From: Planctomycetota bacterium
Lineage (GTDB): Bacteria > Planctomycetota > Brocadiia > JAADGH01
Direction of reading: 5' to 3'
Assembly (NCBI GenBank): GCA_040755855.1
Contig: JBFMAD010000018.1
Span: 17,777-81,776, forward strand
Length of the DNA stretch: 64,000 bases
Shown here: piece after piece, positions 58,859 to 64,000 of the stretch
How the letters are laid out: every line of letters begins with the position of its first letter
Position numbering within the stretch: position 1 is the first letter of the stretch
Position numbers and translations under genes: made by a program
The notes under the pieces: generated by a model
The model's database searches: none
What the model saw: the letters and a program-made list of their open reading frames with translations, nothing else
What the model was told of the DNA's origin: nothing

Positions 58859-59953
58859 ATGGACTTGGATAAACTCGGATATGCGATTATCGGATGCGGC
58901 CGCGTCTCCCGCCATCATGCGCAGGCAATCTCGAAACTCAACGATGCTCGGCTGGCGGCCGTGGCCGATCAGGATATTGAGAAGGCGAGGCGTGTGGCTT
59001 GTGATGGGGAAATAAAACCCACGGTGTATGGCGATTACGACGACCTGCTGGCCGACAAGTCGGTGGACGTGGTCGTGATCGCCATCCCCACGCACCTGCA
59101 CCGCGACCTCGCCGTGGCGGCGGCGGAGGCCGGCAAGCACACCTACTGCGAGAAGGCGATGGCCGCCAGCATGAGACAGTGCCGGGAGATGATCGACGCT
59201 GCGCGGAGGCGCGGCGTGAAGCTTGTGATCGGCCAGTCCACCCGGTTCCAGCCGGCGTGTATCATGGCCAGGCGCCTGATTGACGACGGCGCGATCGGTC
59301 AGGTCTTTGCCGTGGACGCGCAGTTTGCCACTGTGGCCGAGCCGCCCAGTCGCGGGGCCACGGACTCGTGGCGCTACCGGGCGGGGTCGGCAGGCAACGG
59401 GCACGTGATCAATTTCGGATGCCATTACATAGACACGGCCCGGTTCTTCGCAGGCCAGGACCCGGCATCGGTGAGCGCGTACATCGGCAACCTGTTCAGC
59501 AAGGGGATGATCTACGAGGACCAGTTCTGCATCATGTGCACGTGCGACCGGGGGGCCGTCATCGCCATCAGCCTGTTCTCGTCCCTCTCGGGGACGCGCT
59601 CGCCGGATGAAGGCTACACCGTCCGCGGGACGGATGGGATCATTACCGTGAACTGGCCGGCGCGTCGAGTCGCGCTGATCCGGGACGAGAATACCCGCGA
59701 AGCGGTGGAAATCGGGGAAGACCTTCTCGCGGAGGATGGCTTCACGCGACTACATCGCCTGTTCCGCCGGGCCATCGAGGAGGATGCCGAGGTCCCCCTG
59801 ACGGGCGAGATGGGAATGAAAAACGTGGAGTGGGGCCTGGCCGCCTATCTCTCGAACGAGCGGCGACGGTGGATTGATCTTCCCCTTGGCGACGAGCACG
59901 AGGATTTCACCGGGCCTGTCCTTGACGCAACGCTCCCGGCAACGCGGGAATAA
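58859..59953 (+). CDS. Gfo/Idh/MocA family oxidoreductase
   Basis: IGCGRV, PTHLH, CEKAM, NFGCHYID. Confidence 0.92.
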   Translation: MDLDKLGYAIIGCGRVSRHHAQAISKLNDARLAAVADQDIEKARRVACDGEIKPTVYGDYDDLLADKSVDVVVIAIPTHLHRDLAVAAAEAGKHTYCEKAMAASMRQCREMIDAARRRGVKLVIGQSTRFQPACIMARRLIDDGAIGQVFAVDAQFATVAEPPSRGATDSWRYRAGSAGNGHVINFGCHYIDTARFFAGQDPASVSAYIGNLFSKGMIYEDQFCIMCTCDRGAVIAISLFSSLSGTRSPDEGYTVRGTDGIITVNWPARRVALIRDENTREAVEIGEDLLAEDGFTRLHRLFRRAIEEDAEVPLTGEMGMKNVEWGLAAYLSNERRRWIDLPLGDEHEDFTGPVLDATLPATRE

Positions 59954-59960
59954 TGCGGCA

Positions 59961-60004
59961 CGTTAAAACGAGCAAGGCCGCCTGCATCCTTGCCGGCGGC
60001 CTTG
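59961..60004 (-). terminator. Intrinsic terminator of Tyr-rich gene 1
   Basis: CAAGGCCGCC/GGCGGCCTTG stem (59973-60004) with a TTTTAACG tail on the minus strand. Confidence 0.7.
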
Positions 60005-60028
60005 TGGGCTATGGCCCGGGTGAGTCGC

Positions 60029-60403
60029 TTACCAGCTGTAGTAGTAAGTGGTTGAGGTCCTGCAGCCGGGACCATAGTCTATGTAGGACCGGCGCGAGTA
60101 GGTCGGGCCGGTGTAGTAGCGGGGACCGTAGTTATAGGTTGGGGTCTCGAAACGAGGAGCGAACCAAGGCTCGGCGATGCGGCGATTGAATTCGGCGGCG
60201 TTGCGGTGGGCGTTGGCCTTGCCGAGTTCCTCATAGTAATCGTCCCAGTCGCCGTCCTCGGCCTCCTCGGCGGCTTCGGCCATGTGCTTGTGATACTTCT
60301 CCATGTGCTTGCCGTAGCTCTCCCAGGGACCGTCGGCCAGAGCCACGCCGCTGAAGAACATCATGCCCGCGACCATCACTCCGAATGCCATTGCCTTTTT
60401 CAT
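60029..60403 (-). CDS. Small secreted Tyr-rich protein 1 (124 aa)
   Basis: MKKAMAFGVMVAGMMFFSGVALA signal, GGAG RBS, C-terminus YGPGCRTSTTYYYSW. Confidence 0.8.
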   Translation of the reverse strand: MKKAMAFGVMVAGMMFFSGVALADGPWESYGKHMEKYHKHMAEAAEEAEDGDWDDYYEELGKANAHRNAAEFNRRIAEPWFAPRFETPTYNYGPRYYTGPTYSRRSYIDYGPGCRTSTTYYYSW

Positions 60404-60461
60404 CGTTCTCTCCATTCTTCTCGGTTTTCCGTTTTCCTGTTTCATCGTTATCTCCATCGCG

Positions 60462-60521
60462 TTAGTCACGACAGATGTGCGCAGGGGTCGGGAAATTTCT
60501 GGAAAAAACCGACGGTTACAG
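60462..60521 (-). promoter_or_regulatory. Conserved three-part promoter motif, copy 1 (ECF-sigma-like)
   Basis: Minus strand: CTGTAACC ... AAATTTCCCGACCCCT-N12-CGTGACTAA. Confidence 0.65.
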
Positions 60522-60557
60522 CTGATGTTACAGGCTATGGGAACTGTACGGCGAGGA

Positions 60558-61343
60558 TCAGGCCGGCTGACCGAGGATGCCGGCAAGGCGTTTGCGCAGC
60601 CAACGGCCGAGATAGGCCAGTTCGGCGGCCTCCGGGAGCGCCAAGTCGCGTTTCTCGTGGTGTGCCTTTAGCGCGATCTCCATGGCCTCGCGCAGCCGAG
60701 GACCGCGGAGAACAGCGGGGGAGACCGGGCGCATCCCGGCCTTCGATATGGCGACAACGCCCTCCGTGGCCAGGAGCACCCGGGCCAGATTGACCACCGC
60801 GCGAGTGAGCACTTCTGTTATCTGGCAGGTGCAGCGATCCCGGCAGAACCGCCGGTGCATTCGCCTCGCCTGCCGGTAGGAGTCCATCCCCCAGTCGAGC
60901 CGATGGGAGAAGAAAGACCACCACTTGTCCATCCACTCGCGCGTTGGCGGGCCGAGCCTGACCTGCCGCAGACGGGCCATGATCCCACGCGGGTCGTAGA
61001 GAACGATGCCGCGCTGGATCGAGCGGGACATCGGGCTGTGCTGGGCGAACTCCTCTTTCAGGCTCGTCAGGTTCATCGTGACCAGTTCCACCACGCCTTC
61101 GTAGTCGTAGTCCAACTCGTCATGCCACTTCTTGCGTCTTCGGCCGCTGATGACCCACACGAGATCCGCGTCGCTGTCCGGCGCCCACGACCCATCGGCC
61201 ACACTGCCGATGACGACGAACGCGGCGGTATTGGGGTATTGCCGCAGAATCCTCCGGCACATGGCCTGCACGGGCCGGCGATACGGAGACGGAAGACGGC
61301 TTATGTAAATACGGCCTGTTCCTGGTTTCATGGCTTGATCCAT
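60558..61343 (-). CDS. Minimal nucleotidyltransferase domain fused to a helical (HEPN-like) domain
   Basis: IGSVADG...DSDAD (GSx10DxD), GIVLYD, helical C-terminal half. Confidence 0.75.
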   Translation of the reverse strand: MDQAMKPGTGRIYISRLPSPYRRPVQAMCRRILRQYPNTAAFVVIGSVADGSWAPDSDADLVWVISGRRRKKWHDELDYDYEGVVELVTMNLTSLKEEFAQHSPMSRSIQRGIVLYDPRGIMARLRQVRLGPPTREWMDKWWSFFSHRLDWGMDSYRQARRMHRRFCRDRCTCQITEVLTRAVVNLARVLLATEGVVAISKAGMRPVSPAVLRGPRLREAMEIALKAHHEKRDLALPEAAELAYLGRWLRKRLAGILGQPA

Positions 61344-61380
61344 GTTACCGAAATAATCATCGTTTGGGAAGACTCGAAAT

Positions 61381-61425
61381 CGTTAAAAAGGCCGAGGCCG
61401 CCGGTCCTGGGGGCGGCGGCCTCGG
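61381..61425 (-). terminator. Intrinsic terminator of Tyr-rich gene 2
   Basis: CCGAGGCCGCCG/CGGCGGCCTCGG 12-bp stem with a TTTTTAACG tail on the minus strand. Confidence 0.75.
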
Positions 61426-61461
61426 GGCGCTTCCTTGCGAATCTTTCCTTGCTCCTGGGCC

Positions 61462-61776
61462 TTACCAGTTGATGAAGGAATAGCTGCGGATCGTCACGTT
61501 CGAGCGATAGTCCACGTAGGTAGCATCGGGTGTATAGGTTACGGAGGAGCGATAGCCCGGCCCGTAGGTCACGCGGGTGTAGGTTTCGGGGTAGTAATAC
61601 ACCGGGGGCGGCGCCACGGGATACGAGTATGTGGTCGTCACGCGGGTGTAGTCGTAGGACGCGCCGGGGTAGCTATAGGTAGATCGGCTCGTCACCCAGA
61701 CATCCTGCGCCGAAGCCACGCCCGCCGCCATCATCACGCCCGCCAGAATCAGCCCGAACAGCATTGCCTTTTTCAT
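61462..61776 (-). CDS. Small secreted Tyr/Thr-rich protein 2 (104 aa)
   Basis: MKKAMLFGLILAGVMMAAGVASA signal, GGAGG RBS, YTRVT twice, YGPGYRSSVTY, C-terminal W. Confidence 0.8.
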   Translation of the reverse strand: MKKAMLFGLILAGVMMAAGVASAQDVWVTSRSTYSYPGASYDYTRVTTTYSYPVAPPPVYYYPETYTRVTYGPGYRSSVTYTPDATYVDYRSNVTIRSYSFINW

Positions 61777-61834
61777 CGCTCGTCCTCCGATTTCCCTGGT
61801 TTTCATTTTCTCCCGCATCCTGAACGTTGAGCCA

Positions 61835-61894
61835 TTAGTGACGGGAGCGGAGCGAAGGGGTCGGGGAAATTTTGGCTGACAGAGAAGGTTACAG
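61835..61894 (-). promoter_or_regulatory. Conserved three-part promoter motif, copy 2
   Basis: Minus strand: CTGTAACC ... AAATTTCCCCGACCCCT-N12-CGTCACTAA. Confidence 0.65.
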
Positions 61895-61897
61895 GTG

Positions 61898-62685
61898 TTA
61901 GGTTGGAGCTGTTAGGTGGTTGGATTCGGGTGGTTCGTCATGTTCAGGATAGCGTTTCTTTTGGAAGCCGAAGAGCGCGGGGAGAAGCCACATCCACGAG
62001 CAATCGAGGGCCGCCTTGCATTCCTGGGCGAAATAGACCAGGAGGACGATGGAACTGAACGTCGTGAGCCAGAGGCCGCGGTAGATATTCGCAAATCCAC
62101 CACGCGCAGAGAACACTGCGTAAAACCATCTACCACACCATACCACAGCAATGAGGGCGCTGAGAAGTTGCCAGATAGAGAGCTTCGCATCCCAGGAGTA
62201 TCGCGGCCGAAGAGAGTTCACAATCCACCACGCGCCGAGTCCGGCCAAGGGCCACAAGAGGCATACGGTGAAAATATCTGAGGAAACATCCATGTTCAGC
62301 AGCCCACCTGGTCTGGCATATGCAAATGCGTAGAGGGCAAATACCGCAAACACGAGAGCAAGAAACAGCAGGACCCCTGGGATGACGCGCAAACGGCCTG
62401 TGCTCCTCGTCAGTCCGAAAACGGTCACAACCACGACAAGCAGTCCAAAGACATAAGGCCAGCCAAACATCCACCAGATTTGAAACAGCTCAGCGAAGTC
62501 CCGGGCGCTGTTCAGCCTGTGATACTCGATGAAGGGGGATCGTTGAACAGAACAACGGTGCACGGAACAAATGGAGAATCACCAGGATGGCACCCCTCCA
62601 CCAACGGCAGGAAGAAGCATACCGTCAGCAGGGCGGCGTAGCTTAGGCACATCAGCTTGCGTTTCTTTTGCCTGTCCCCGTTCAT
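61898..62685 (-). pseudogene. Multi-pass membrane protein, probably frameshifted near the C5 run at 62534-62538
   Basis: 57-aa ORF 62685-62512 (MNGDRQKKRKLMCLSYAALLTVCFFLPLVEGC) overlaps the hydrophobic frame ending at 61898. Adding one C joins them as ...NDPPFIEY... Confidence 0.55.
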
Positions 62686-62713
62686 CGCCTGCTTGCCTCT
62701 TGGCTCCCCAATT

Positions 62714-62741
62714 CTTCGTGTCCTTCGTGAGCTTCGTGGTT
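62714..62741. repeat. 9-bp tandem units CTTCGTG(TC/AG/GT)
   Basis: CTTCGTGTCCTTCGTGAGCTTCGTGGTT, same family as the units at 54390-54480. Confidence 0.7.
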
Positions 62742-62746
62742 AGGGA

Positions 62747-63991
62747 TCAGATCTTGCCCAGCCCCCGAATCATATACGCCTGCAGGATCCCCGATTCGTC
62801 GGAGTTGAAGAAGCCCAGCGACCCGTCCGGCGAGAGGAAGGGATGGATGTGGGCCTCCTTCTTGCACGACGACTTCGGGTTCAGGAGATACCGGAAATTC
62901 GTGAGCGGGTCCCTGCCCGGCTCGCCGAGATCGGCGAGGAAGATGCGCCCGCCCTTGTCGAAGGGGCCGGAATCGGTGATGAGCCGCTTCCCCGCGATGT
63001 CCGTGCCGAAGTGGCAAAAGCCCGGCTTGGGGAAGTCGCGGCTCAGGTCGTTCCGCGCGGCGCCCGCCGTCTTGAGGCCGATGTGCCCCTGGTCGGGTAT
63101 CGCCCTGCCCTCGATAAGCTGCGCCTCGTGGCCGGTCTTGGTGCGCGTGCCTGTGCTGGTGATGGCCCAGGCCGTCCGGCCGCGCCAGCACTGGTGGCCC
63201 TGGCAGGCTTCCTTCCCATCGCGGCCCCAGGGCATGGTGCGGAAGTTCGTTCCGTCGTCGCGGATCACGTGGATGTCCGCGCCCTTCCCGCCGCAGAGCG
63301 TCGTCACCCGGCCGTCCGGCGTCACGACGCACTCGTGGTTTTCCTGGATCAGAACATCGTGGCACTCCTCCGGGTCGGTGGATCGGCAGTATTGCGAGTG
63401 CATGTTGCACCACGTCGGCCCGTGAATCACGAGCCGCACCGTCGCCTTCTCCACGTCGAAGATCAAGAGGCCAAACGGCGGTGGGTCCACCTTGCCGTCG
63501 CCGAGGAAACAGGAGATGGCCAGCCGCTTCCCGTCCGACGAGATGGTGGACAGGCCGTAGAACCGGCAGGCGCGGAAGTCGGTGTCGGGGATGGTGGAAT
63601 CGAGGACCATGATCGTCCGGCGGTCCGAGCCGTCGAGGTTCACGCGCTTCAACGTCAACTTCCCCTTGCCGATATCGCTCTCCTCGACGAAGTAATAGAC
63701 GTACTTCCCATCGGGCGAGACCGACGGCGCCCACGCGCCGACCTCCTCGGTGATCTGATGAAGGGAGTAGTTGTCCTCGATGTCGCATCGGAAGTACTGG
63801 TGCTTCGGGTTGCTCCGGCTGCCGCCGTGTGCGCTGGCGGCCTGGTGGAGGAGGAGATGCTTCGAGTCCATCGTGAAGATTTGCGCCTCCATGTAGAGAT
63901 GGGAACTCGGGATTTCCTTGTCGCTGGTAAGCTGCACGACCTCGATGCCCTTCGGCGATTCGTTATCCAGAAGATCGGGACGGACCTTCAT
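62747..63991 (-). CDS. Oligogalacturonate-lyase-like / TolB-like beta-propeller protein
   Basis: VVQLTS..SSHLY, HSQY, GHQCW, HIHPFLSPDG..FNSD. Confidence 0.75.
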   Translation of the reverse strand: MKVRPDLLDNESPKGIEVVQLTSDKEIPSSHLYMEAQIFTMDSKHLLLHQAASAHGGSRSNPKHQYFRCDIEDNYSLHQITEEVGAWAPSVSPDGKYVYYFVEESDIGKGKLTLKRVNLDGSDRRTIMVLDSTIPDTDFRACRFYGLSTISSDGKRLAISCFLGDGKVDPPPFGLLIFDVEKATVRLVIHGPTWCNMHSQYCRSTDPEECHDVLIQENHECVVTPDGRVTTLCGGKGADIHVIRDDGTNFRTMPWGRDGKEACQGHQCWRGRTAWAITSTGTRTKTGHEAQLIEGRAIPDQGHIGLKTAGAARNDLSRDFPKPGFCHFGTDIAGKRLITDSGPFDKGGRIFLADLGEPGRDPLTNFRYLLNPKSSCKKEAHIHPFLSPDGSLGFFNSDESGILQAYMIRGLGKI

Positions 63992-64000
63992 CTCGCTTCC

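Noticed and set aside
61820-61911. Integron attC-like ACCTAAC overlapping the stop codon of the low-GC membrane gene
   Set aside because: No matching GTTRRRY core or extended palindrome downstream, and no integrase in the window.

Overview
GC-rich bacterial chromosomal window. It is most likely Planctomycetota, inferred from the groEL-groES-groEL-dnaJ-grpE-fmdB-yacG synteny, a giant methyltransferase/PQQ-propeller protein, a sulfatase-fold enzyme and Tat-exported Gfo/Idh/MocA oxidoreductases. It holds a large chaperone operon behind an apparent sigma54 enhancer-type promoter, a separate sigma70-type dnaK-rsmE locus, many carbohydrate/uronate catabolic genes, a ClC-CBS-TrkA_C transporter and several toxin-antitoxin modules or remnants. 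No rRNA, tRNA, CRISPR array or autonomous transposase was seen. The most unusual signals are: (1) a duplicated promoter-gene-terminator unit encoding two small secreted Tyr-rich proteins with an exactly spaced three-part upstream motif, flanking a nucleotidyltransferase gene; (2) two unrelated-looking ~170-bp elements with perfect 25-bp terminal inverted repeats and the same internal hairpin layout; (3) several families of 6-10-bp tandem/palindromic micro-repeats in intergenic mosaics, which also occur in-frame inside protein-coding genes; (4) several proteins with altered catalytic motifs (J-domain SPD, sulfatase TxPxR, MBL HCNCEV) and two interrupted genes. All family assignments come from motif recognition by eye, without database searches.
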